From: Elusimicrobiota bacterium
Lineage (GTDB): Bacteria; Elusimicrobiota; Elusimicrobia; Elusimicrobiales; UBA9959
Length of the DNA stretch: 64,000 nt
Reading direction: 5' to 3'
NCBI GenBank assembly: GCA_036574205.1
Contig: JAINCQ010000037.1
Location: 68,669-132,668 of the forward strand
Shown here: positions 8,505-17,993 of the stretch, piece after piece
Position numbering within the stretch: the first letter of the stretch is position 1
Layout of the letters: every line of letters starts with the position of its first letter
Made by a program: the position numbers and the translations under genes
The notes under the pieces: model-generated
Database searches by the model: none
Told to the model about the DNA's origin: nothing
The model's input: the letters and a program-made list of their open reading frames with translations, nothing else

Positions 8505-10964
8505 TTACTTTTTTACTATTTCTCCCTTTTTTCTTTTTCTCATAAATATTGCCTGTGAAGGGCATTTTTTAGAGCATATGGAACATCCTACACATCTTTT
8601 AGAATCAAATTCCGGAATTTTTTCACTATTAAGTTTAACAGCTAAATATCCGCAGGTTGTACAGTTCCCGCAATGTATGCATTTTTCTTTATCAACATCA
8701 GGGATCATTTTTATAGAATTTAATTTTTCAAAAGGAGTTATTATCTCCGGTAAAGCACAACCTATAAATTCTTCTACTGATTTATATCCTTTGTATTCAA
8801 GAAGGGAGGATAAACCCCATTCTAAATGATTTATTATATCATATCCATATTTCATTAATATTGTGCAAAACTGGACATTTTTTGCTCCCATCGCCAGAAA
8901 ATGAGCGGCACTTTTATAATCCATTGCGCCTCCATTTGCAGATATTGGTATTCCTATTTTTACTGCCTTAGCCACAGTAAGATAACTTATTGGGGCTATA
9001 CCAGCTCCACTTAATCCAATAACTACTCCTTCATCCCATTTGCCTTCTTTTCTTTTGTGCCATCCAAGCGCAGGAAAAGAATTTGCAAGGGTTATCCCCG
9101 CTTTTTTATGGGGATATTTATCTAAAACATCCTTTATTGCTTTAACAATTTGATAAATAGATGTAACTGCTCCTGTTAATTTAAATAGTTTTGGTATTTC
9201 TGGGTTAGATATTTCCATTATCCAGTCTACTATTTTAGCAGATAGCTCTGGATTTTGAGATACTATGTCGCCTTTTGTCCCATCTCCTCCCTGTGGGCAG
9301 GATAGACTATATTCAATAACCATAGCCCCGCAGTCTTCCAATTTTTTTGTGTTTGACTGCCATACTGATTTATCGCGTTCTTCATTTCCTGTTACAGGGC
9401 CTCCGGTTGAAGCGCCGGTTATTCTGTCTGGATAAAGTTTTTTAATCTTTTCTATTTCCTTACATACTCTATCAAGTGGATGGTCTGAAACATTATCGCA
9501 GTTTCCATAAGTTGATTTATTAAATAAGAACATATATTCAGATGGAATATGTATATCTACATTGTCAAAAGCGGTTTTCATTATTACACCAGGCCAACCG
9601 TTTTCATATGCTTTTTTAACTTGATCAAAACCATCTGAGTGTGGAGAAGCTGATATCATAAAAGGGGATTTCATCTTATAACCAAAAAAATCTGTTTCAA
9701 GGTCTATTGGTTTCATATTTCTTGAAGCAAGTACTGTATTATTTTTTTTATTGTCTTTAATATTTACTTTTTCCCCTTTAAGATATGCATCTACGCTAAT
9801 TGCTGCATTTTTCCCACTTGCAACACATTCTACAACAGTTGAAGCTCCATTTAAAACATCTCCACAATAAAAGAGTCCTTTTTCTTTTTCTATTTTTATT
9901 GAATTTACGTTTTTAATTGCAAGGATTATAAAATCCGCATCTGGCCTTAATTGTTGTGAGTTTTTTATTTCGTTGCCTTCCTTATCAAGTTTTACAAAAA
10001 CAGCTCCGCAAACCTTTCTGTTTTTAACTATAATTTCTTTTATTTTCATCCTACCGTTTATATTTATTTTTTTATTAAATAGCTCTTTTATTTCCTTTTC
10101 TGGAATCTGAATCTCTGAAGAATTTTTCCTTGTGAAAATCTCAACAGATTTCGCTCCATTTTTAAGAGCTGTAATAGCACAATCACAAGCTACTGCTCCT
10201 CCGCCAGATATTAAAACAGTTTTATTTTTGAGATTATATTTTTTTTGATTTTTTAGATATTCTATCCCTTTAATAGCAAAGTCTTCATTTGGTATTCCAA
10301 GTTGTAATTGTTTGTCCACTCCAGTTGAAACTATGACAGCGTCATATGAAGAAAGCAATTTTTTAGGATTTTTTATTTCTGATGAAAAGTAAAATTTTAT
10401 ATCTCCAAGATTTTTAATGAATTCAATATCAGTTTTAAGTATCTTTTTATCAAGTCTTTCTTCTGGAATAATATTAATAGATCCTCCCGCTTCTTTACTG
10501 CTTTCATAAATATCAATAGAATATCCAAGAGGTGCAAGTGTTGCCGCCGCGCCCAGACCAGAAGCGCCACAACCTATAATGGCAACCTTCTTACCATTTG
10601 GAGTTAAAGGTTCAAAGTGTGGCATAAGATTTAGATCCTTTGCTTTTTGTATTATGGTTGCCTGAACTGCTGGTATGTTTATAGGTTTATCTAAAAGTTT
10701 TCTTGAACATGCATCCATGCAAAACCAATCAGGGCATACAGCTCCACATACACCTCCTAATGGGTTAGACCCCATTATTATTTTCGCTGAAGTTTTAAAA
10801 TCTGATTTTTCTCTTGTCCTTATAGCCATTATAAAATCAGCTGGTGAACATCCGCTAGGGCATGCCTTTGCGCATGGTTTTTCCTGACAATAAAGGCACC
10901 TATCAACCTCATTATATAATTCTCCATCGCTTAAAAAAATCTTTCCTTCCATAAAAGCCTCCAT
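8505..10964 (-). CDS. Dihydropyrimidine dehydrogenase-like flavo-Fe-S protein, PreT-PreA fusion
   Basis: N-terminal CxxC...CP and NPLGGVCGAVCP, FAD and NAD(P) glycine motifs, FMN barrel with SLSCPQG, C-terminal 2x[4Fe-4S] motifs. Confidence 0.8.
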   Translation of the reverse strand: MEAFMEGKIFLSDGELYNEVDRCLYCQEKPCAKACPSGCSPADFIMAIRTREKSDFKTSAKIIMGSNPLGGVCGAVCPDWFCMDACSRKLLDKPINIPAVQATIIQKAKDLNLMPHFEPLTPNGKKVAIIGCGASGLGAAATLAPLGYSIDIYESSKEAGGSINIIPEERLDKKILKTDIEFIKNLGDIKFYFSSEIKNPKKLLSSYDAVIVSTGVDKQLQLGIPNEDFAIKGIEYLKNQKKYNLKNKTVLISGGGAVACDCAITALKNGAKSVEIFTRKNSSEIQIPEKEIKELFNKKININGRMKIKEIIVKNRKVCGAVFVKLDKEGNEIKNSQQLRPDADFIILAIKNVNSIKIEKEKGLFYCGDVLNGASTVVECVASGKNAAISVDAYLKGEKVNIKDNKKNNTVLASRNMKPIDLETDFFGYKMKSPFMISASPHSDGFDQVKKAYENGWPGVIMKTAFDNVDIHIPSEYMFLFNKSTYGNCDNVSDHPLDRVCKEIEKIKKLYPDRITGASTGGPVTGNEERDKSVWQSNTKKLEDCGAMVIEYSLSCPQGGDGTKGDIVSQNPELSAKIVDWIMEISNPEIPKLFKLTGAVTSIYQIVKAIKDVLDKYPHKKAGITLANSFPALGWHKRKEGKWDEGVVIGLSGAGIAPISYLTVAKAVKIGIPISANGGAMDYKSAAHFLAMGAKNVQFCTILMKYGYDIINHLEWGLSSLLEYKGYKSVEEFIGCALPEIITPFEKLNSIKMIPDVDKEKCIHCGNCTTCGYLAVKLNSEKIPEFDSKRCVGCSICSKKCPSQAIFMRKRKKGEIVKK

Positions 10965-11039
10965 TTTAAAGACAACATTATCATTTTATAATTTAATTAA
11001 TTTATTGTAAAATTGTATTTAATTTAAGGAGGAATTTTT

Positions 11040-12368
11040 ATGTCAAAGAGTTTACTTATAAAAAACGCTGTTGTTTTTACAGGACCTTTATCTTTAAAAC
11101 TCTTGAAAGGATATAACATATATATTAAGGATGGAATTATATGTGATATTTTTAAAACATCTAATCTAAAAAATATCAAAGCTGAAAGGGTTATAGATGC
11201 AAAGGGTGGGCTGGTTATGCCCGGGTTTATAAATGTTCATATGCATTTTTATTCTACTTTTGCGCGTGGACTTTCTAAAATAAAACCTTCAAAAAATTTT
11301 GTTGAGGTTTTAAAAAATCTGTGGTGGAAACTTGATAAAAAACTTGGATATGAGGCTATATATTATAGTGCTTTATCATCTGCTATCTCAGCAATTAGAA
11401 AAGGGACTACGACATTTATAGATCATCATGCTAGCCCTTTTTCAATAACTGGATCATTATTTGAAATAGAGAAGGCTATAAAAAAAGCTGGGTTAAGGGC
11501 ATCATTATGTTATGAGGTTTCAGATAGAGATGGAGAAAAAAAAGCTGAAGAAGGTTTGAAAGAAAATTATGAATTTATAAAATATGTTAGAAAAAATGGC
11601 GGAAATAAAATAAAAGCGCTTTTTGGATTGCACGCATCTTTTACTTTATCAAATAAAACCCTTGAAATAGCAAGTGATCTTGGAAATAGCTTAGATGCTG
11701 GATTTCATGTCCATTGCGCAGAAGCTGATAGTGATGAAAAAGACTGTGTTAAAAAACATAAGATGAGAGTAGTTGAAAGATTTGATAAATTTAAAATACT
11801 TGGACCAAAAACAATACTGGCTCATTGTGTTCATATAAATGAAGATGAAATTGAGTTAATAAGAAAAAGCGCTACTGTAGTAGCTATAAATCCTCAATCC
11901 AATGCAAATAATGCTGTTGGGATATCTGATATAATAGGATTTGCCAGAAAAGCTATCCTCTATGGTCTTGGAACTGATGCAATGACTGTTAATATGCTTG
12001 AAGAGTTGCGCTTTGCTTTGTGGCTGTGCCATTTAAAAAACTCAAATCCTTCAGTAGGATTTAATGAAGTTTCAGCTCTTATAGCCAATAATGTTAAGAT
12101 AGCGTTGAGACATTTTGAAAAAATAGGTGAAATACAAAAAGGATATTATGCTGATATGGTTATTTTTAATTATTTTCCTCCAACACCTTTTGAAACAACC
12201 AATTTCTATGGCCATCTTATATTTGGAATATCCGCAATTGAGCCATCCTGTGTTATAGTAGATGGAAACGTTTTGATGGAGGATAAAAAATTGAATTTAG
12301 ATATTGATGAAAGAGAAATATCCCGTAAATCTATTGAGATATCTAAGAAAATCTGGAAGAATTTTTAA
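11040..12368 (+). CDS. ssnA: SsnA-family amidohydrolase
   Basis: HMHFYSTFARG, LWWKLDK, DHHASP, LCYEVSDRDG, GLHASFTLS, NPQSNANNAVG. Confidence 0.85.
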   Translation: MSKSLLIKNAVVFTGPLSLKLLKGYNIYIKDGIICDIFKTSNLKNIKAERVIDAKGGLVMPGFINVHMHFYSTFARGLSKIKPSKNFVEVLKNLWWKLDKKLGYEAIYYSALSSAISAIRKGTTTFIDHHASPFSITGSLFEIEKAIKKAGLRASLCYEVSDRDGEKKAEEGLKENYEFIKYVRKNGGNKIKALFGLHASFTLSNKTLEIASDLGNSLDAGFHVHCAEADSDEKDCVKKHKMRVVERFDKFKILGPKTILAHCVHINEDEIELIRKSATVVAINPQSNANNAVGISDIIGFARKAILYGLGTDAMTVNMLEELRFALWLCHLKNSNPSVGFNEVSALIANNVKIALRHFEKIGEIQKGYYADMVIFNYFPPTPFETTNFYGHLIFGISAIEPSCVIVDGNVLMEDKKLNLDIDEREISRKSIEISKKIWKNF

Positions 12369-12438
12369 CCATCAAGTTTTGATAAAATATATTTTGTTTT
12401 TCTTGTTTATTTGAGTCCTCTTTGAATTTTAAATCAAA

Positions 12439-13770
12439 TTACATATACCATTCTATTTGAAGTGGATTTGGACCTATTTCTTTTTCAGAATTTATGAATC
12501 TTTTAACCAGATCTTTGATTACAACTTCATTTTTATCTATTTCGAATTCAAAAATCTCATCCAATTTTATTTCTGATTCTGGCACAATCAGAATTGAGTT
12601 TTTGGCAAACTTACCCTTTATTGAAAAGTTTAATCTTATAATAACACCTGTTAATAAGTTAGTATAATTTTTTTTAGAAGTTAAAAAATCAATTGAAAGA
12701 ATTTTAAAGTCATATATCTCAAAAATTATATTTTTGTCATTTTTTATTTTAAGTCTTTCCTGTTTTATTTTTTTAAATAGTTCCTGATTTATTTTAAATT
12801 TTTGCAGGGTTGTTGGATCTTTCCACCAGGAGTATAATCCAAAAATGTTTTCAGCTATAAGAATCTGAAGTTTTGCTTTTGAAAACTCATCTTGAGTTTT
12901 TGATTCTTTAGAAGATAAGTTTGTGAACTCTGATGTATTAGAATCTATTTGAAAAATATTTTGAAGATTTGCAACATAAGATTCTCCGTTATTTTCTATC
13001 AAAGATAATCTCCAGTTTCCATTGTCCATTATAAATGTTAAAAATAAAATCCTTTTAACCGGAAAATGGTCTTTAGAAATAAAACTTCCGTTTTTAGAGT
13101 TAAGATAATAATATTTTGAAGAAAACATTATATATACTGAAATGGCTTTTTCATAATTGGTATATCTTACATTGACTATCTTAATGTCCTCTATTGAAAA
13201 GTCTTTAATCTCAGTTCGTATTCCTCTTTGATAAAGTTCTATAGATTGTTTCTCATATAGTTCGTAGAGATATTTTGTCGCTATATCCTTAAAATTATTT
13301 TCTTGACCAGTTAAAAAAAGGAAATATTGTTTAAGACAATATCCTGCAAATTCTTTTATATCATCTGGATTTATATTGATCTGATTTAAAATATTTATTG
13401 CTTCATTTTCCATTTCATAGAAGTTTTTGTTAGTAGTATTCTTAAAATTCTTTTCAGATTTTTTCCAAAATAATATTAGTATACTTTTTATAATTTGAAA
13501 TAAAAGTGGTGGATCTATATGATTGGAATATCTGTATCTCTGAGGAAAAAGCAAAACTACTATAAGGATTATTATAATAAAGATTGCATTATTCCCTCTA
13601 TAATATTCTTCTGGCTTAGAATAATCAGGGTTTGAGTAATTATCTGGATATGAGTTTAAGCTATCATTATATGAAAATGGACTAGCGAGTCTGTCAATAA
13701 GATTAAAATTCGCCATCACAAGCGAATCTAACGTAAAAATAGCAAATATAAATATAATTCTTTTTTTCAT
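12439..13770 (-). CDS. Membrane protein with Tim44-like domain
   Basis: N-terminal signal plus TM segment, then a Tim44-like pattern (IEDIKIVNVR...FLTF...WRLSLIE). Confidence 0.5.
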   Translation of the reverse strand: MKKRIIFIFAIFTLDSLVMANFNLIDRLASPFSYNDSLNSYPDNYSNPDYSKPEEYYRGNNAIFIIIILIVVLLFPQRYRYSNHIDPPLLFQIIKSILILFWKKSEKNFKNTTNKNFYEMENEAINILNQININPDDIKEFAGYCLKQYFLFLTGQENNFKDIATKYLYELYEKQSIELYQRGIRTEIKDFSIEDIKIVNVRYTNYEKAISVYIMFSSKYYYLNSKNGSFISKDHFPVKRILFLTFIMDNGNWRLSLIENNGESYVANLQNIFQIDSNTSEFTNLSSKESKTQDEFSKAKLQILIAENIFGLYSWWKDPTTLQKFKINQELFKKIKQERLKIKNDKNIIFEIYDFKILSIDFLTSKKNYTNLLTGVIIRLNFSIKGKFAKNSILIVPESEIKLDEIFEFEIDKNEVVIKDLVKRFINSEKEIGPNPLQIEWYM

Positions 13771-14024
13771 TTCATAAGCGAAAAAGATATTATCAAAATA
13801 ACTGAGAATATTATGCTTATCCCTATTATCGTAGCTGATATAATCCTTGAAAAATATTCGCTTACCGCTACATTGCCTCTTAGGATTTCTTTTATCTCGT
13901 CTATATCCGGGGTTATAGCGTTTATTATATTAAAGGCTTTTTTTATTATAGTCATAAAAAAAGCAATTGAAACAGCTGATATTATGATAGATATTATGAT
14001 AATTCCTATTATCTTTATAAACAT
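13767..14024 (-). CDS. Small membrane protein, DUF350-like
   Basis: Two TM helices around ITPDIDEIKEILRGNVAV. Confidence 0.55.
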   Translation of the reverse strand: MFIKIIGIIIISIIISAVSIAFFMTIIKKAFNIINAITPDIDEIKEILRGNVAVSEYFSRIISATIIGISIIFSVILIISFSLMK

Positions 14025-14041
14025 AATTCCTCCTTTAAAAC

Positions 14042-15472
14042 TTAAAAATGCTTGAAATGCCTTTTTTTAGTAAAGAAAAGGGATATATTTGTTGAATTAC
14101 ATATTTTAATACATTCTTCATCTTCTTTATTTCCCCCAGTTTCTATTATTATTTTTATCGGTAACTTTGTTAATTCGTTTAATGAATTTATATCAAGGGA
14201 TCCATCTACGGCTATCATAAGCTCGCTTCTATCCAATTTTATTATATTTTGATAATTCATTTTGTAGATTGAAGTTTTTATAGCGTCTAATATAGTAGTT
14301 TCACTCTGTGATATAGATAACATTTTGTTGTGAGACATTATAATGGAGCTAAAAGTTTTTGAATGTTTTGACAACGCAGTCAAAAAACTTATATTTTTTA
14401 TTTCCTCTATTGAGGGTTTCCTTTTTGTCATGAGTTTTATGTTTTGAGACTCATCAAATATATCTTTGTCTTGAAAAACAAAATCACCATTGAAATAAAA
14501 GATATCATTTTCCTGCGGTGGATTTATTATGTCTGGCATTTTTATTATTTTTAATTTTATATTTCTATCTTTTATAAACTTATATACATCCTGGGAATAT
14601 GAGCTGGCTATTACGGCTTCGGCGTTTAAAGAATTAAGTTTATTTATAATTTTTGAATCTATTTCACAGTTAAAAACAAATATTTCTCTTTCGCATTTTT
14701 TATTTGAAATCATATCATAAAAAGCTTCATAAATATTATCTGAGCTTGCAAATCCTGATATATTTGAGTGTCTTATTGAAAAACAAGCTGGATATCGTAT
14801 ATCTGTTTTTAATTCTGCCGCTTTGTTTATATCTATTATGTGATTAAGATTTAAACTTCCATTTAATATTTCTATATTTTCCCATAGTTTTTTAGTTTTT
14901 ATTAAGCTTGAGAATAAAAAGGCTCTTTGATGGGGATTTTCCCCACAATCAAGTTTCGTAATTCTTTTCAATGGAATAGTTATTTCTTCGGATGTAATAT
15001 TAAGATATGGAAAAATTTCATAGCTTTTTTTAGAAATTCCAAATGCGATCGCGCTATATAAATTAAACATAAGTTCTTTTTTAAGATTATTTCCTATCTC
15101 GCCAAAAAGTTTTAAATTTTCTTTCACTTTTTCATAATCAGTGTATTTACATATAGCAGGTATTCCGCTTTTAGCTGCAGAGATCAGTAAAATTAAATTA
15201 TATGTGTCATCTATTTCATCTTGCAATATATCGGCTATTATAAGCGACGGTTTTGAAGGTAATGACTTACTTTTTTTGCCTAATAGAAAAGATGATATCG
15301 CGATGTTTGGATGGTAGACATCGGATTTTACTTCTTCTGCCTCTATCCCATTTCTAAGCAGATAAGAAAAGGTTGAACCCTGTGAAAATATTCTATATTT
15401 TAAATCTGCTAAAATTTTTAACAGTTCAATGATTCTTTCCTTATTATAAAGATTTACATAGACCAGATTCAT
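14042..15472 (-). CDS. PurH-like protein (IMP cyclohydrolase/AICAR transformylase fold), highly degenerate
   Basis: GENPHQ and C-terminal RHFKH retained with collinear architecture; most other PurH motifs are eroded. Confidence 0.7.
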   Translation of the reverse strand: MNLVYVNLYNKERIIELLKILADLKYRIFSQGSTFSYLLRNGIEAEEVKSDVYHPNIAISSFLLGKKSKSLPSKPSLIIADILQDEIDDTYNLILLISAAKSGIPAICKYTDYEKVKENLKLFGEIGNNLKKELMFNLYSAIAFGISKKSYEIFPYLNITSEEITIPLKRITKLDCGENPHQRAFLFSSLIKTKKLWENIEILNGSLNLNHIIDINKAAELKTDIRYPACFSIRHSNISGFASSDNIYEAFYDMISNKKCEREIFVFNCEIDSKIINKLNSLNAEAVIASSYSQDVYKFIKDRNIKLKIIKMPDIINPPQENDIFYFNGDFVFQDKDIFDESQNIKLMTKRKPSIEEIKNISFLTALSKHSKTFSSIIMSHNKMLSISQSETTILDAIKTSIYKMNYQNIIKLDRSELMIAVDGSLDINSLNELTKLPIKIIIETGGNKEDEECIKICNSTNISLFFTKKRHFKHF

Positions 15473-17469
15473 TTTAAACCTATAAGTTTTATAAATTCTT
15501 CTTCGTTTATTATCTTTACTCCAATTTTTTTAGCTTTTTCAGACTTTGACCCCGGGTTTATACCAACTACAACATAAGAGGTTTTTGGAGACACAGATGA
15601 AGATGTCTTGCCCCCAAGTTCTTCAACCATTTTTTGCGCCTCTGTTCTGGTCATTGAATTCAATTCTCCTGTAAAAACAAAGGTTAAACCTTCAAGCTTT
15701 TTATTTTTAAGCTCCTGGTGATATATGGTGTTTACCCCTGATTTTTTAAGGGACTCAATCATTTCCACTATCTCATTTTGGCTAAAAAAATTATATATGG
15801 ACTCAGCTATTACCGGACCAATCTCATTTATGTTTGATAGTTCTTCTTTATTTGCTTTCATAAGTTTTGTTATATCTTTGTATGTTTGTGCTAGTATTTT
15901 TGCTGTTTTTTCTCCAACATGTCTTATCCCAAGAGCATATATGAGTTTATCCAGATTTTGCTTTTTTGATCTTTCTATTTGAAAAATTAAATTATCTGCT
16001 TTTTTGTCTTTAAAAAGATCTAATTTAAATAAATCCTCTTTTTTTAAGTTATATATATCGCTTAGCTTTCTTATAATATTCTTGTCAATGAGTCCATCCA
16101 CAGTGCTTTCTCCCATCCCTTCTATATTCATAGCATTTCTTGAAGCAAAATGTAGGATATTTCTTTTTATTTGCTGTGGACAGTTAGGATTTATGCACCT
16201 TATATATACTTCATTACTTTCTTTAAAAAGCTTAGCCCCACAACTTGGACAGTTATATGGAATTTCTATATCCTTTTCATTGCCAGTTCTTTCTTCAATA
16301 ACAACCCTTGATATTTTCGGTATAACATCTCCTGCTCTTTCTACTATTACAGTATCTGATATCTTTATGCCAAGACGTTTTATTTCATCAAAGTTATGAA
16401 GGGTAGAACTTGAGATAATTACACCACCGCATTTTACTGGAGTTAATTTTGCAATGGGTGTGATTATCCCGGTCCTTCCTACTGAAAAGATAACGTTCTC
16501 AAGTTTAGTTTTTGCCTGATGAGCTTTAAATTTAAATGCGATTGCCCATTTGGGGCTTTTTGCGGTAAATCCAAGAATTTTCTGTTGCTCAAAAGAATTC
16601 ACCTTTATAACTATTCCATCTATTTCAAAATCAAGTTTTTCTCTTGATTTTTCAATTTCTTCATAAAACTTTAAAACATCTTCTATGTTTAAACATAATT
16701 TCCTGATAGAATTTGTAGGTATTCTAAGCTTTTCACATAACTCTAAATATTCTATCTGAGTTTCTGGCTTTTTTATCCCTTCTATTACAGCATATGAATG
16801 TGCCATAAATTTAAGGTTTCTCAAAGCGCTAACTTTTGGATCTTTTTGTCTAAGCGAACCACTTGCAGCATTTCTTGGATTTGAAAACGGTGTTTCTCCT
16901 TCATCAATCTGCTTTAGATTGAGTTTGAGAAAATCTTTTTTATCCATATAAACTTCGCCTCGTATCTCAATAGCAGAATTTTCAGGCATATTGATTTTTA
17001 AGGGTACTGATTTAATTGTTTTTACATTTAATGTTATATCTTCACCAATTTCCCCATCTCCTCTTGTTGATGCCCTTTTTAAAATTCCATTTTCATATTC
17101 AATTGAGCATGATAGACCGTCTATTTTTGCTTCTGCAAGCATCTCAAAGTTTTTCCCTATTGTTTTTTCAATTCTATTATACCACTTAATAAATTCATTT
17201 TGCGAATAGCAGTTGTCAAGCGAAAGCATAGGAAGGGTATGTTTTACTGGTTTAAATTCTGATGAAGCAGTCCCTCCGACTCTTTGTGTTGGAGAATCTA
17301 GCGTGATATAATCTGGATATTTTTCTTCAAGAGATTTTAATTCGTTCATTAGTTTATCAAATTCAGCATCTGTTATTTGGGGAGAATTTAATACATAATA
17401 TAAATATTCATGTTTTCTTATTTCTTCTTTTAATTTTTCTATTTTCTGTTTAATGAAGGGATCGCTCAT
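15469..17469 (-). CDS. ligA: NAD-dependent DNA ligase
   Basis: KIDG active site, TRGDG, NPRNAASGSLRQ, Zn finger, HhH, C-terminal BRCT. Confidence 0.97.
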   Translation of the reverse strand: MSDPFIKQKIEKLKEEIRKHEYLYYVLNSPQITDAEFDKLMNELKSLEEKYPDYITLDSPTQRVGGTASSEFKPVKHTLPMLSLDNCYSQNEFIKWYNRIEKTIGKNFEMLAEAKIDGLSCSIEYENGILKRASTRGDGEIGEDITLNVKTIKSVPLKINMPENSAIEIRGEVYMDKKDFLKLNLKQIDEGETPFSNPRNAASGSLRQKDPKVSALRNLKFMAHSYAVIEGIKKPETQIEYLELCEKLRIPTNSIRKLCLNIEDVLKFYEEIEKSREKLDFEIDGIVIKVNSFEQQKILGFTAKSPKWAIAFKFKAHQAKTKLENVIFSVGRTGIITPIAKLTPVKCGGVIISSSTLHNFDEIKRLGIKISDTVIVERAGDVIPKISRVVIEERTGNEKDIEIPYNCPSCGAKLFKESNEVYIRCINPNCPQQIKRNILHFASRNAMNIEGMGESTVDGLIDKNIIRKLSDIYNLKKEDLFKLDLFKDKKADNLIFQIERSKKQNLDKLIYALGIRHVGEKTAKILAQTYKDITKLMKANKEELSNINEIGPVIAESIYNFFSQNEIVEMIESLKKSGVNTIYHQELKNKKLEGLTFVFTGELNSMTRTEAQKMVEELGGKTSSSVSPKTSYVVVGINPGSKSEKAKKIGVKIINEEEFIKLIGLK

Positions 17470-17900
17470 TTTATAATATTTGTTTTTGCTATTGTGTCCA
17501 AAACCCCATTTATAAAATCTGGGCCTTTGTCAAAATTTGGTGAATACATTTTTGATATTTCCACTGCTTCGTCTATTACTATAGGCACTTCATTTTTCAT
17601 ATAAATCATTTCAGCTGTTGACATTCTTAAAATTGCTTTATCGGTAGGAAATATTCCTTCAAAATCCCATTTTCTTGAAGCATTTTTTATTATTTCATCT
17701 ATTTCTTTAATGTGTTCTATGGTAATTGAAAAAAGATTTTTGTAAAATTCCATCACAGATGGGTCATTCATCATACCTATATTTTCGCTGTTAGGAACAT
17801 AAGTGGCAAGTATTTCATCTTTCGGAATCTTCCCAACATCATAAAGATAAAGAGATATAAAGCAGTTTATTCTGGCAAGCCTTCTTCTTCCGATATTCAT
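17466..17900 (-). CDS. nusB: Transcription antitermination factor NusB
   Basis: RRRLAR, DKAILR, IDEAVEISK, FINGVLD. Confidence 0.9.
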   Translation of the reverse strand: MNIGRRRLARINCFISLYLYDVGKIPKDEILATYVPNSENIGMMNDPSVMEFYKNLFSITIEHIKEIDEIIKNASRKWDFEGIFPTDKAILRMSTAEMIYMKNEVPIVIDEAVEISKMYSPNFDKGPDFINGVLDTIAKTNIIK

Positions 17901-17993
17901 ACTTACCTCTAAAAAGAACTATATCAATATATATTATTATACATTTTTTAATTCAAAAACTCTAAATTAATTAAATTTTACATCTAAGGGTTT

